From Botryllus schlosseri (Eukaryota): DNA of 64,000 nucleotides. Below the pieces are notes generated by a model, which was not told the DNA's origin, did not search any database, and was given only the letters and a program-made list of their open reading frames with translations. Shown piece by piece: positions 26,501 through 41,500 of this stretch (position 1 is its first letter; each line of letters opens with the position of its first letter). The DNA lies in NCBI GenBank assembly GCA_051294905.1, contig CM119373.1:12214001-12278000 (forward strand), written 5' to 3'. A program made the position numbers and the translations under genes.

Positions 26501-29500
26501 CAGCTCTCTGAACTGCAGTGGGTTGAAGATTAAGCTGTGAATGTGTGAATGACTTTGAGATTGAAAGATGGAGACAGAGTGATGGATTGGGAGAGATAAA
26601 GAGAGTTGTTCATCATCAGCAATGAAATACAGAAGGCCGTGTTGCTATAATCTTGCAAGTGGTAAAATAAATACTTTTTCTATTGTATACATTCAATGGT
26701 GTTGACAGAGAGATTGATTGCGTTCGAGATTTATAATAATCTACATTGGAATTGCAAGGATGCCTGATCTCTGCAGATAGAACACCATTGAAATTTGGGC
26801 TATCTATGATCTGAATTTGTAGCAACCAATTATTCATAGGCTTCAAACTACTTAGGTATATAATAGATCTGTTCTTCCAATGTAGCTTAGACATTGTAGT
26901 CCTACTTAACAAAACACATCATGAAACCCACAATGGCTCCAGTTGAACCCTGCATTACTTATTGTGTAATTGGGGAATGGGGTCACAAAAGGATCAAAAA
27001 GGTCATTAAAGTGATACAGAAATATCAGATATAGTTATGCTGTAAGGTATAATTGAATAGATGAATGGCAGTACCAAACTTGAACATTGCCTTCAGTACT
27101 ACATTAATTGCAGTATAATTTATATATAAGACTTTTTGTGTGCCCCTCATCATTGCACGAAAACACTCATATGAACAGAGATTTAAATAAAGGCCAATTA
27201 GACAAAGTAGATCAAAATAATGTTACTATTTGAATAGAATGCCCGAAGAGGTCAGCTGTACCAGAAACTGTGCATGAGAATCGTACTATACACTACACAG
27301 ATACAATTTTCAAATATTCCGTTAACATCTACCGTCACATGTCTGTCAAATGTTTTCAGTGTTATTGATTAGTGAAACAAGAAGTCTTCCAGTTAATAAA
27401 CCATACTGAAAAGAGTTTATTCCTGGAAGCAATAATAACATTAGTCTTGTGTCATACTTTGATTCAAACCAGATTACTGTTTTTTTCACTTCTTTGTCGT
27501 CATGGTTCAATTTAGCCTGTAGTCTTTTGAAATGAATCAGACTTGGGTTACTGTGGATAAAAGTAGAAAATTATAATTTTCCTCAGAGTCATAAAACACT
27601 GGCACCCGAGCGTAACTAAAACTAATTTTAACATTAACACTTCGCTTACCCGTGTTTGTAAGAATGGCATTATCCAATTCGAGGACATCAGGACATTTGA
27701 CTGCGATGCACGGATCCAACCCGCCACTCCATTGACCGGAAAGTAAGCATTCTACTTTGGAACCGGATTCATATCTGTAAGAATCAATGGTAGACAAATG
27801 AACGAAGCAGCATGCCAAAAAATTTCAATTGGGAAATGAGGAGCTGGCTATGCAGTGCTTCAACATATATTGATCAAGGTTGGTGGGAACTCTAGATCTT
27901 ATATGTATCGGAGTTGCAAAGATAATGCACCGTTAATTGAGACTTTTATTCATGTACTGCAAGGTGGAATAGAAGCAGAGGAATTGCATTTCCTTCACGC
28001 CAGAATCATTTAATGGGCTTCCACATCCAAGTGTTTAGAATTTTTATTCTAGTTTAATTCTGTCACGTAGATTTCAAATGGCAAGTTACCAATTACTCGT
28101 AACCAGAGGCTAGTTGAGGCCAGCAGGGTTACATGAAGTCAAAATTTAAACATTTCATCATAGGCTTAGAACAGGGCTTTGCAACCTATCTTTTTTCATG
28201 ACCCACTAATGTCCAATATTAATATGTCTGCGAAATTTGGAAAACTGATGACAAAGAAAAAGATTAACAGTCCTAATCTCGGCCTATTTGGGAGTCGACC
28301 ACGAGTACACGGGCGATACGCCAACCATGGCTTACTGAAAACAGTGTTGTCGCCAACTACTATAACATTTCCCATCGGTTGAAAACTATTAGATTCGATC
28401 CAATCACCGTTAAGCTTCACTCTATCACAAGTGTCAACATTTCAGATTATAACATATAACATACATTTTGTCGGCATTAGTAAATACGCTGCATCTGATA
28501 TCAAGTTGTAGGTTACAAAATATCTTAACAATCTCACCCTTCATCGCAAATGTAATCATTTTCATCTCCGACGCGCGATACATTCCTTCTTAACACCCCG
28601 TGTTGAGTGGAAGGTAGCTCAGGGCATAGAATGGGCAGGCATTCGATTGTCTCATTCGAAAAGTTCCCATCCGCTTTGCAAGTGATATATTTGCTATCGG
28701 CCAGGACGTATTTCTCAGCACATTCATATTCGGCCACCATTCCATATGTGAATGACGATTCTGGAATGATTTCATAAATATTAACGATCTGTCCGACGTC
28801 CGGAAAAAATGAAGACTAGCATGGTTCAGCTAGATTATGATTACTAATATTTGAAAATCCTCCCCTTAAATTGGTGGTTCTCCACCTTTATCGAACCCTG
28901 GGATCGTGATTGTCCTTGCGTACCATAGAATCTCAGGGAAAACAAAACTGGGTCGAAATCTCACAAACCCTATTATAGTCCTATAATTCTTTACATGGTT
29001 GTTTCGAGGGGAGTAGTTTTGAGTTAAATTTTTAGCTTCAATTAATAACCACAAAGAAAGGTTGACTATCTTTGAAATGCATCACCGACTATCAAATGAC
29101 AAATTACTATCATACCTAGTTCTGGCAAGGGTCTTCAAACTACTAATACGAGTATTTTTCACACCTTCCATTTTTAAATTCTTCAAGTAATTTTGGCAGG
29201 TCTTGATAATCGCTACTGCTACTTGTATTTTACTATATATTTACGGCATTACATTCAATTTACTTGAGTATTATCAATCTCTACTTTGACCGCCTCTGCT
29301 AGGAACAATAAAGAAGAGCTGTATTTACAGACTGCTACTTCATGTGTCACATAAAATATATTGCAACATACCGATTGGCACAGAGTTTTCAATATAAGGG
29401 GGTGTCCCGCATGACACAGGCGAACATCTCGGTGCTTGGGAAGACCAGCGACCGTGTTCCATGCATGTGAGTATGCTATCACCCTGAAAATAAGCACTGA

Positions 29501-32500
29501 TTTAATACAGATTCCAATTTCCCCACAGATACAAAAACATGTGTTTAAACCAAATCATAGATTCACAGCAATTTAAATTCACAGGAAAATTGATGCAAAG
29601 TCAAATGTAAATCATACACCTCCAAATTATATCCATCATCACACGTAAAGATTGCTTTTGTTCCATAGATATTTGGTCGAGTGTAGTCAGGATCATTTTC
29701 ATGATTCGCACTGCAAATGCAATTGATACATAGAAAGCGAATTCATGGGAGCACAGAATCGACAAGTTATGACAGGAGTGTGGGTCAAACATGCTAAAAA
29801 GGGAGATTGCTATGAGTGTAATTTCAGTTACGGTGTTACCAATTATTTTCAGTACCTATACAATCTACTGTTTCATATTTATTCTAGACCTAATCATAAT
29901 GGTAATAATTAGGCTGATACAAATCATTACTCTGAATCAGGAATCAGATAGATACCCTACCATACAGAAAATTCGAAATACCCACATTTCAGGAGACAGT
30001 TCAAATTCAATATCACCATCGGCAAGTATTGGAAGCTCTGTACACTGTACAGGAACACATTCGCTACCAACAAAGTTTCCATCCCAAATCTTGTCCGTCT
30101 GTATAGGAAGTGCGGCTTTGGTAGTATATGTTGAATAAACCAAACAGACAAGAACCAACGCAACATACTTGACAGACAAATTTCTCTTCCGATTTCCCAG
30201 ATTTTAGAACGTATCCACTCTCACAAGTAACAATTGCTTCACTCAAATACTGTCGCTCTGTTGTTTGGTAAGTCACTGTATAAAATGGTATCATAACTCT
30301 TGGATCTCTGCCATGCATGAGTATTGAGTAATGAGAATGGCTTTATACGACGATTGCTAAATAATGGTTTTAGTCATAATTAGAACGAAAAATATTTTAC
30401 AGAGATAAATATGATTGTCGCTTCAATATTCTACATTTATGTTAAATATTATCGAGAAAATACTGGATTTGACTCAACCTGAAATTCCAATTATTTTCAC
30501 GATTTCCCATCTGCTAAACTACAATGAACGCTACTTCCATAACCAAATGGAGAAATAAGTTCTAATTGGTAAATTTGATTGGAATCCATACCCTGAAACA
30601 GGTGAAAACAATATTTTATTTATATTTTTTCGGATGTTGTATGCTGCAATCTTGAAAATATAAACCACCTCAAATTTGTTTGTTCCGCCATTTACTGAAT
30701 ACATTAACTTACCGATTGAATGCATATGTTCCAAATCAGGAAGCAGACGTAATTCCGGAATCTGCATATCGCCAGAGTAAGGTTCTCCTTCATTTTCAAC
30801 TAAACCGGAGTCAATAAATTGAGTGTTAGTGTGATCAAACTCGAAGATTTCTTTCAGGTTGAAAAATGAATTGTGACTCGATCAAATTAAAAAAAAATAT
30901 CATACAATCAAATACTACTGATGTTTGGTATCAGGAAAATCTAACTTAGTTGATCCCACCAATCGCTATTCAAACTAAATGAGACAAATAAAGTGACACA
31001 ACCGAGACCAATAACATCATTCGTTTCAACTCATTGACGTCAGGAATCAGAAGAGGCCAAAATTGTATTAATATTACTCCCAAGAAATTATATTAATAAT
31101 GAATATATGTATTTTGAAAATAGACAACTACGATTACGAAACTGAGTTTGAAAACCTTTCAACCAATCACTAATACATTACGACAATGTCAACATTAAAT
31201 GTTCAAATAAGAAATTCTTTGACAAACAATTCGGGCTTGGCACAACGATTCGAGTCTTTGAATCCGAGTAGAGCATTGCTTGTAGCTAGTTGAGTGGAGT
31301 AGTCACTGTTGAATACCAAAGCTATGCGCCCCTTGTGGCGAATAACTATCTAATCATCACACATTATTGTATTAACACTGTCTTCCCGGCGTAGAAGAGT
31401 GCGATTGAATATACCAGAATATATGTACGGGTAAGGAATACGAAAATATAGTATAGTATTCTAATTCATTCCTACTACAAACAATGGTATTCTTATACTC
31501 AACATGACTTGTGGCTTAAATGCAATTTGAATTGAATTAGTCAAATATACTTGCTATTGCCCAGCGCTACTAAAAGTACATTCAGAAACATTTTATGTAA
31601 TCAAGAGAGTTCGCTCAAACACACCAAGAACAATTGCAATTACCCTTAACGATCCCTCGGGGCTGAGCTGTTAAAACAAGGTGAGAACACATCACAGGCT
31701 GACAAGTGATGTTTACCACGGAGAAGCGCCTGTCAGCCCGACATGTTGCTACACTTGGACCGTGAAACTCGTGGCCTTTCAAGCATTCGTAATGTACTGT
31801 GTCTCCAAAAAAGTATTCGTCAGGTTCTGAATGCACGATTAAGAAATATTCACCAACTGTACACTGACATTTTGCATATACTGAAAACAGGCAACGGATA
31901 TAGGCTGAATATCATTGCATGAGCTAAACAGAGCTATTCAGACAGAGAATATGGCCAGTGGGATTATACAGTGGGATTATTTCATCACTGTGTTGTTATT
32001 CGAGTATATTTAGAGCAAAGTTTATATATGTTATACAGTAATACCGTTAACGGTCTCTCTATCTGTTAGCAATCAAACATTGAATATTCAAAGAGAGTGA
32101 GAGCAAGTTCCTTAGGATTGTAGTAGTGATATAAAAGCGCGAAGGGAACCTAGATATATAGAATAAAAACAGTAATAGCTCAGTGATGATCGCATTGAAG
32201 ATATTTATTAATATCCGATAGAAGAGTTTATCGGCAGGAGTGGCAATTTCATCTTATATTTGATATCAAGATGTCACCCAACAATAGAATTTTGTTCATT
32301 TTTGACAGTGACAACTAATTCAAAATTGAAGTCCAATACGAGTAATTCACGAAAATCAGTCACCTTTAATAACTTAACGTAAAAGTTATCTAGCCAAAAA
32401 TTCATACGATTAAATTTTAAAATGCAAACCTGATACTTTCACTCCATTCAGAATACTCGGAGCGCTTCCACAAGCCACCGCGTTGCATTCTGGCATCTCG

Positions 32501-35500
32501 CCGATCCATTCTCCCTGCATGTCGTTCACCGAGCACACCAAAGACTCAGAGCCAAAATTTTCGTATCTGAACAATCAATTTATTTTTATCCGCCATACTG
32601 TTGCGGTGTTCTCTGCGGGTTGAGGGTGAAGCAAATGTGACTTGCACTAGGTCTGTTTACGCCAATTATATTTCTCTTCATGCCTATTAGGATCACCTAC
32701 ATTTTCGGGCTGGACATTTATAAAGGCCATATGAATACACATCAAGTTCATCACCAACGAAAACCTAGTATTGAAGCTGTAGAGTTATTGTTGCCATATC
32801 AACTTACTGTGAGCAAGAATGTGCCAATATTGCGTCATATGGAATAAATGAAAGTAACACAAGTCGTAAAACTATAGTCAGCGCGTGTACGTCAGTCCAC
32901 CATACATTTCAACTCAATTCTAATTGGAATTAGAGATTTCCAAGGCACAGTGAAAATATTTCAAGTTAAGTGGAAACTGAAAGCCAAGAAAGAATTGAAG
33001 TATGCAGTTCAAAAAATTAGATACAGTCGAAGTCTAGAATACTTTCAATTAATCGGTGATGGCTACTTTCCAAAATGAAGGTTACATCTTCTCGACTAAC
33101 ACAAAAATAACCAATGACTCCATAAATAGATATATTTTTCATAAATTTCAGGCCGTTCAAGAGATATTGGCAAATAAGTGATTTTTTTTAAAACCAATTT
33201 TCTCTATGTTCTGTAGGGTATACAGTTAAGATTTTGATATCGAATGCTTAGTTTTGGCTAAAGCAATAAGTTACCATGATACAGGGGACATCTTGCTCTG
33301 TTGCCAATTCCATCAACAAAATTGATGCAATAACTGCAAAAAGTTTAGACTATAAAATATTAATAGGTTTTGAAAACTGTTAAGTGCAAGTGGGGATGTT
33401 CTAAAACATAACCACGTTTATAAGTAATAGCCAGTTCAGTACTCCAAAAATTAGAAATGCTTCAATAATGATCACCTCGGCAAAGCAAACACTCTTACCC
33501 TTCATCACATTTATATTGTATTCTGTCCCCGTAAACACCATTTTTCGTTGATGCTGATCCGTGTGGTACCTCTGGCGCTGCGGGACACGGTATTCTATCG
33601 CAAGTGATTACTTCGTTTGAGAAAAGTCCATTAGCCTGGCAAGACCTTGCGCTGTCGTCAGAGGTGAGTGTGAAGCCAAAGTTACATTCGAAAAAAATCA
33701 TTTCCATGAAGATAAACGTATCTTGCACTGGATATATAGATATGGTGTTTTCAATATTCTTAAAAGGAACATGAGTTTACTCACTATTCGATATGGACGC
33801 ATGTTGAACGTATGGAATTTCGGGACACTCAACTGGGAAACAGTGTGGTGGGGTAGTCCATGAGCCTGATACGAGACATGAGATCGTAGGTGAACCCTCC
33901 ATCAGGAAACTGTAAAAATCATTTGAAAATCCTTAACAATCTTGATTTGCAATAAAGACAGTGTTCAGTTCCATCTCCAAGGTGATGTACATCATTTTAT
34001 GGGTTAAATGCTGGATTCCAATCAAAGTGTACATACCGTCAAAATCGATTAGCTTCCGATATAAATCAAACCGATAATATGTTTCGGCTTTTCATTACTG
34101 ATACGGGCAGTGACACAAATCTTCCTTGACCGGAGATATTTAAAATCGACTTTAAATAATTATTGGCTTCAAACTGTTTTCAAATGTTTTTCATCACTCT
34201 ACTGAAAATCAACAAAGACTGCACTGACCTAAAGCGTTCCTAAAATTTTAGATGTGAAATGGACTATTGGTAATAGGCTATATACAAATTCCATAGATAA
34301 GTATATTGACATTGAAATGAATCCTAATATTTTCGGCTGACACTCGTCAGGGGTAGTCGTCAGCAATTAGTGGAGAATTGGAAAGAACATTGTATATCAA
34401 CAATCGCATCACAAATTACGACATCACCGGCATGGAATTTTGAACAATCAAGGCTAAAAGAGCGCTTAAGTTCAATGTACTATTTTTAGATGGTACACAG
34501 ACGCCTTCTATAGGCACGGACTTCGGAATTTCATGCCAGTGACGTCATATTTCGTGATACGATTGCTGATATACAATGTTCTTTCCAATTCTCTACTAGT
34601 TGCCGACGATTACCCCTGACGAGTGTCAGGCGAAGACATCCGGGTTCATTTCAATAAGAATAAACTATTCAATTGTATATTGAAGTTTTGTACCTCCAAG
34701 AATCTCTTTACATTATTAAAATTAATAACACAATGTGCCACCATCATGACGAACTTACCCATCCAAACACTTGAATTTCACTTCATCTTTATACTGGTGC
34801 AGCATAAAATCCGTGTATGGAATTCCGAAATCAACATCCGGTAACGGGTCGCATGGTATTGGCATACATTCCGGGGTGAACGACGACCATTCGCCTGAAG
34901 CTTCACACGAAATCGATTGCCGACCAATCATATTATAACCTGGAATATGGGCGTTTAATATTACATAGTCATCCCATCTTGTTGATGTAAACAGTTGATT
35001 TCGTTAAAAGTTTTGAAAGAAACAGTATTGGTATAATTTTGTTACCATTTTATCGATTCAAAATACCACAAACATATCCAATCCAATTAAAAGAAAGGAA
35101 GGAGCCAAATGACATTGTGGACAGTGGAGTCTATCCAACTACCACCGTGTTCTATTTATATGGTAACCAAAATTGAAGAAGGAGTTGAGAGGCATACCTT
35201 GCGCATCGCAGTCAAAGTTCACTCAAATAGAAATAGCCCGCAGAATTATCTAAATATGATATAGGTTTTTGACCAAAAGAAGGAAGAACTGAATTTATAT
35301 TCTGACAGGATAACAGATCCTGTACGATGCTGGCAAATTGTAGTCGTATCTTGGCTACATTTGATTCCAGATTAAAAGTTCAATAGAAAGGGTTACCACA
35401 TGGGACCCTACTACCACATGAGTGAAAATAACTTGTGATTAGACATCAAATGGAGGAATTTACCACTCTTGTTTTAAAGACTTCATTCAGAACTCATAAG

Positions 35501-38500
35501 AGGTCAAAGCTGTATAGTTTGTAGATATCTATGGTTTTATTTCAATATCACAGAGTGGATAATCAGTAGTAAGTTGATATAATATAAATATATTAATAAA
35601 TTTACCAGGTTAACGATGCACCCCACAGTTATATATTATGATACAAACTATTGGGCAATTGAGATTATTCAATTCAATTTATTGTTAATAATTTCATTAT
35701 TTCAATACACCACAAGACCGCGATACAGTGAAAGATAGGAAGGTGTCGAAATGACTCGAAGTAGTCTTCGAAATCAGACATCCACCTGGCTTAGGCGATG
35801 TAAAAAAGACGCATGCACACTGAACGAAAGTAGAAGATAGGGACACGCGACCAAAAACAGGTGGCATGTGTCGGAAGGCGAGATCGATATATCAGTCGTG
35901 GTCCGGTAAACTTGAGGGCTGACTAGTATGGATTTAGTAGAAGTTATTTGTGTTTCAACTTGAATGTGGACAATGGACATGATCGAGGACTTTCGGATAG
36001 CCGGTGAGATACTGTGCCCCAATGCAGGTCCTTCATATTTGATAGAGCGATGATCTTATACGTTAACCATATGGTAGTTGGACGACGGCGACACGTGTGT
36101 GTTGTACGCATGCACTTTTTATACAGAGGCAAAAAGTCATTGAAATTGTCGGGGCAGTGACTGCAGTTGACTCAAGTTGACTCACCATCCTGACATTCGA
36201 AGCTCAAGGTGCTTCCGAATATCGTGTTGTTGGGGGTTACGATGTTTGCGTTTTCCGGAGGTGCCACTCCACCGCAACTGATCGGATCGCATTGAACCAC
36301 TTCCTCGGTCCACGAGCCGTCAGCAGTGCAAGTCCGTTCGAATGCGTCAGATACAAGCTTATGCCCAGGTCGACATTCGTAAGATATTACATCACCGAAC
36401 TTTGTTCCATTTTGAGCTGGAAAGTATCATTTGTAAGGATACAAGCAGATGTTGTCTTAGTACTCTGCATTGCTACTCAAGTGCAACTTGAAGTAATGCC
36501 TTACATTTCTGCTCTTTGTTTTTCAGGATTATTTGATGCATGTTAAAAGCAATCAATTCGAAAATTCAAAGGAAAATAGATAAGTATACCAATATTTGAT
36601 AACGCTACTGTCTCACGGTAGGCTCTCATTTCACAATTTCCTACTCGCTTCCGATACTTAGTCTTATATGCCATAGCGGATTTATCAAAATCGGAATACG
36701 ACATACCAAATGTGACAGCATTTTCCACTGATGACGGTGTGCCACACGAAATTCTCCTGCACCTTGGAGGAGCACGGTCATATATCCCGTTCGATTGACA
36801 AAGCAGAGTATCTTCACCTTTCATCTTATATCCTTTGGCACAGTCGTATTTGACTTCGTCCTGCACAGAAATTGTTGATAAGAAAACAGCAGATAATTCA
36901 GCATATTGGTAGGGCATTGATTCGGCCGTGAATAATTATTTAGAGTCCAGAAAATCAAAAAAACACCACTAATTTTTATGCATCATATATACATCATATG
37001 ATATATATAATTGTCAAGTACCTATCCAAATATGAAACTGATATTTTTAGTAGAAAGCGATTTGACAGTACATCAGTCAGAAACAATCCAAAAAGGAAGA
37101 AACTCATACCAAACAAACTGTTTTGAAAATTATTTCACTACATCATGCAGTTAAGAATTGCAGCATACCCAAGTTTGTACAATGCTACCCATGAAATCAC
37201 ACAATCAATCTTCTGGAGTCATCGTATACAAACATGAATAAGAAACAAAAGACCTTAGCTCTGCGCTGTAACTACGATTTTGGCCGTCAACGCATATTGG
37301 ATGCAAAACACTACTCGAAAAACCAACAAACCAAATATCACAATAAATATCAAAGCATCAGTCCTGCCATTCCATTATGGGAAGGTGGGCCCAGTCATAC
37401 TTGTGTGTGTCACAAGCCACACAATAAATATTCCGCAGCTTGTCGAAAATACCTCGTAAACATATTCATTCTTCCCAGAAAGATCCAATCCATGTCTCAA
37501 CTTTGGTGCTGGTCCGCAAGACACTTTTGTGCATTCAGGTAAAGATTGTCTGCACACAGTTCTACCGTACAGATCAGAAACCGGGCTGAAGTAGCCATTG
37601 TCCCGACATTTGCAATCGATGGATGTACTTCCGTCACGCAAAACATACCCTTCATTGCATTCGTAAGTCACAACTGAATCGTAGGTATGTGATGATTCAA
37701 GCTTTCGGGAATTCCTCCTGAACACAATTAAATATCACAATATTAAAAATAAATTGGTATCAGGAATGATCACAGCAGTCATTGCTATTACTCCAAGTAG
37801 AAGTGGGAGTAATGCAGGATAGCTTTACTGAATTATACGTAGAAATAACAATTATCAGGGCATTTCAAAACGACCTGAGGTAGAAGTCAAAACTAAACTT
37901 CCGAGAATCACACAAGCAATTGGTTAGAAGTGATTTAGATGAAACGCGTGAGATATTTTGTTAATTACCAGGTACAGTATTTAAAATTACAAGTTGCAAC
38001 TTCGAGAGTTGCCCAAAATGAATGCAGAGCATGAAAATAAGTGCCACTTTTGGAGTTACTCAATCATGTTGCTCATGTCATAGCAGTGTCACTAATGTAA
38101 GAGATACAAGTCTGTCCATGGCGAGGAGGCATATTGGTATATGTCATAGGTGCTTCACCAATATCTTGCGGGTTCGGGTCCGACCGCAGTCGACCCCAGA
38201 ATTACCACCTAAAGGTTGGGGGTTTATCTATGCTCCTCCTTGCCACGTGATCCGCGTAATCGGTGTCTTAAAAAAGCCTGTTGCTAGAAGTCAGTATATA
38301 CGGAATTATAATAAATAATATGACCAATGTAGTCGATACACCATGAATATCAAACAAGTCTATTTATGTGACCGTTTGTACTTGACATAGTCTAAAATAT
38401 ACCGAATAGGTAATTTAGCTTCCAAATTGTTCAACAGAAGTGGAATTAGTCTAAAACCCACCACTTGATCAAGCAGCATACGTGGACAAAAATAACCAGG

Positions 38501-41500
38501 GCAGGTACCTCAAAAAGTAAAATTACATTGTTACTGTCCACTAATCGTGAAGAATTCACTGCATTGCCTTCGGGCGTTTATATACTACTCAATGAATTGG
38601 AAGTGGAGCTGTGAACATCCGCTACCATGATCAGAGTAAATTCATTTACAACACAAGGTAAATCACAAAAAGTAACATGGGTATACAATTAGTACAGGTT
38701 GTTGAAGATTTCCTTGAAACTGCTTAGAGAAATTTATGATGTTAAAACTAGGTAGACCTACTCAGATCCACAAGACGTCGCAGTGAGTGCAGACTATCTA
38801 AATTTTGAATATGCAATATGTAAAACAAAAACATACCCAGGCGGTAACGGTTCACACTCCACAATCACGCAGGCGGGTAGATCCACCCAATTGGCTTCTT
38901 CATCACAACGAGCCTCTGCAGGCCCCTTTTGTATCTTGTACCCGATCTCGCATGAATAAGACACCGTGTCTTGATAAACGAATCTCGAAACCGACGACAA
39001 ATCTCGCTTCTTGGGCTTGTGCGCTGGGTCCTCCACGAAATTGGCTGTCACGTTTGTGTCTTGACCAATGTCGGGATAGCCATGATTTATTGCTGGAGGG
39101 ATGGAGCACGATACAGGTACGCATTCCGGATTGGAAGGCTTCCACGACTTATCTGACTTGCATTTCAACACGCCTGAGATATATGATATAGATGGAAGTG
39201 GTCAAAGTACTATAGTCAGCGTTGCTACTCAATTTAAAATAGAAGTAATGTCATCAATTTCTTCTCTATTATAAGCTGAGGTCGAACTTTACAAAACACT
39301 TCAAAACTACTTTAAGTGAGTGGAAATTAAGAAGTCCGACAGCTAGTGGATTGAGTAGCACATTTCGTCAACGAGTCGCATACTCTTACTAGCTAGTCGT
39401 AGTTGACTCCTTTCAAGCAGATGTATCTTCGGAACTACGAATAGGTCTGATCTTTCAATCGAAAATATACTCAGTTACTGTGATATGGGAGGCTAATTCA
39501 CGCAGTTCCTGTGATTCTTTGAAAATCACCATTTTAGTGATTGACTTATCATATTACTACTTTCCAAATTTCATAATCCAAAGTGTAAAAATTGGTTAGT
39601 CACTCCCGAAAACTGTTCAAGTGGACATGGAAGCAGTATAAACAATAACCAAAAACAAAACACTTCATTAAGTAGTGCAAATTTGCAAAAGCTATTTGAG
39701 TACTCCATCAAAGAGCAAGTACTTTGTTTTTGACCATCTCTGCATAGGGTGGATTCAAAATCGTGGGATCTGGTACCAACATTGGGATTCGGGACGGAAA
39801 GTTACTGAGATTATGACATTCATTCCCAAAGTGGCCTATCGCAGTGTGCTTCCGCTTTTTCACAAAATTCTCTCTTCCAAAAGATTAATATAATATGAGC
39901 AAATAATTACTTTGTACATGCTCCAATTTATCACCAGTTTTAACAGCATTTGAATAGATTTGCGTCACCTATTTATGGCACCATTAGGAATTATGCGTTT
40001 ATCACACCGTGATTCTCCGGTGACAAAATTAAAAGACACGGTGTGATAAACGCATGAGTAAAGAAAGCATATATGGCCTTTTTCCGTTCTAAATCACCAA
40101 ATAACTTGAGTAACATATGGGGATTTATTTTATACTTCTACCTCTAACAGTCTCGGTATTATTTTGAAATTAGTGCTTATACTTGTGAACGAGTAAAAAA
40201 TAACAGTATTAATACATGTATTTAACCTACATTGAGTTTGATTTTCACTTTCTGAGATACAGCTCTAAATTCAAGTGAATACATACTGTTTCCAGACAAT
40301 TCGTGACCGACATCGCATGAATACTGGACTTTGCTTCGGAACTTGGTTGCGTTAGACAACAGAGTGTAATATCCATTCCGTATATCGACCGGAGTTCCAC
40401 AATCAATTGGAGTACACGGTTCCGGTATGGACGACCAAACCCTAAATTCACCAGAAATGAGTTTTTTTTTTTAAAAGAGGCTGAAATCAATCATAAATAT
40501 GTTCTTTCTCGCTTGTTACATTGTTTTGACTTATTCATGGGCCAAGAAGTTTGCTTTATAAGTTTATATAATACGAATGGAAACTGGAAATATCAAATAT
40601 GAATAAACTTCTGTGGTATTTGGTATTTTTTCCAATGCCAGTGTATTGTACCTTTCAGGAATTGGTTGGTGATCTTGGAGTATTTGTTACAAAATACAGA
40701 TGTCAACCATTAGCCTATGATGGCCCATTCCAAATATATCGCACGGAATTAAACTGATCAAATACAAATCCAAGTGAATAACAAATTATGGATTCAGGCC
40801 AAAAAGTTACTTTTGTTAGTTCGAGATTTGAAACAGGAAAGCTGAATTATACCCATTTACTCCAGAAAAATCATGGAAATGCTGCAATTCCCAAAGTCAC
40901 GTAAAATTGGTGTACTGACAGCACAAGTTCGATATTTCATCAAGTGAAGTATTTCATATTCATTCAAATATTGTGTGATAGTGAAATGGGAAATTTTTCA
41001 AATCTCAATAAATTGGGATTGGGGGGAATCAACCGTTTAGATTCCAATCCACAGTAACTACACGGTATGCAGTGATAAGCACATGTCTGGACATAAATCC
41101 TATGTAATGGGCTTCCACACAATGCTATTTCACAGCAACAAATGCAACTAAATATACTTATATCTGAATACCCGTCTGCAGTGCAAAATATTTCCTCGTC
41201 AGAGCTATTTCCGTTGAACTCATATCCGTTATCGCAAGTGTATGAGACAAGACTTTGAAAAGTGGTCTTGATGCTTTTTTTCACAGTGGTGACCGGATAT
41301 CCGTGCTCTCTTACAGGCAGTTGGCCGCAGCTGACAGGGTTGCAAAATGGGGGGTCGGAGTCCCAAAACTTATCTGCTCCACATGTCAGATTCACGATAA
41401 CTAAATACAGAACATGACATATTTTCAAAGAATAACTGCATGTGCAAGTGCCTATTTGAGTTTTAGATACACTCCTTAAATATTTAGACGGGATTTCCAT

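Noticed and set aside
26616-26912. CR1/L2 3' coding remnant
   Set aside because: Only a vague LHW and YxxR resemblance; insufficient support.
38110-38135. HDV-like ribozyme suggested by GCCTCCTCGC on the minus strand
   Set aside because: The P3 3' strand, P1 partner and J1/4 GG needed for the nested double pseudoknot could not be found.
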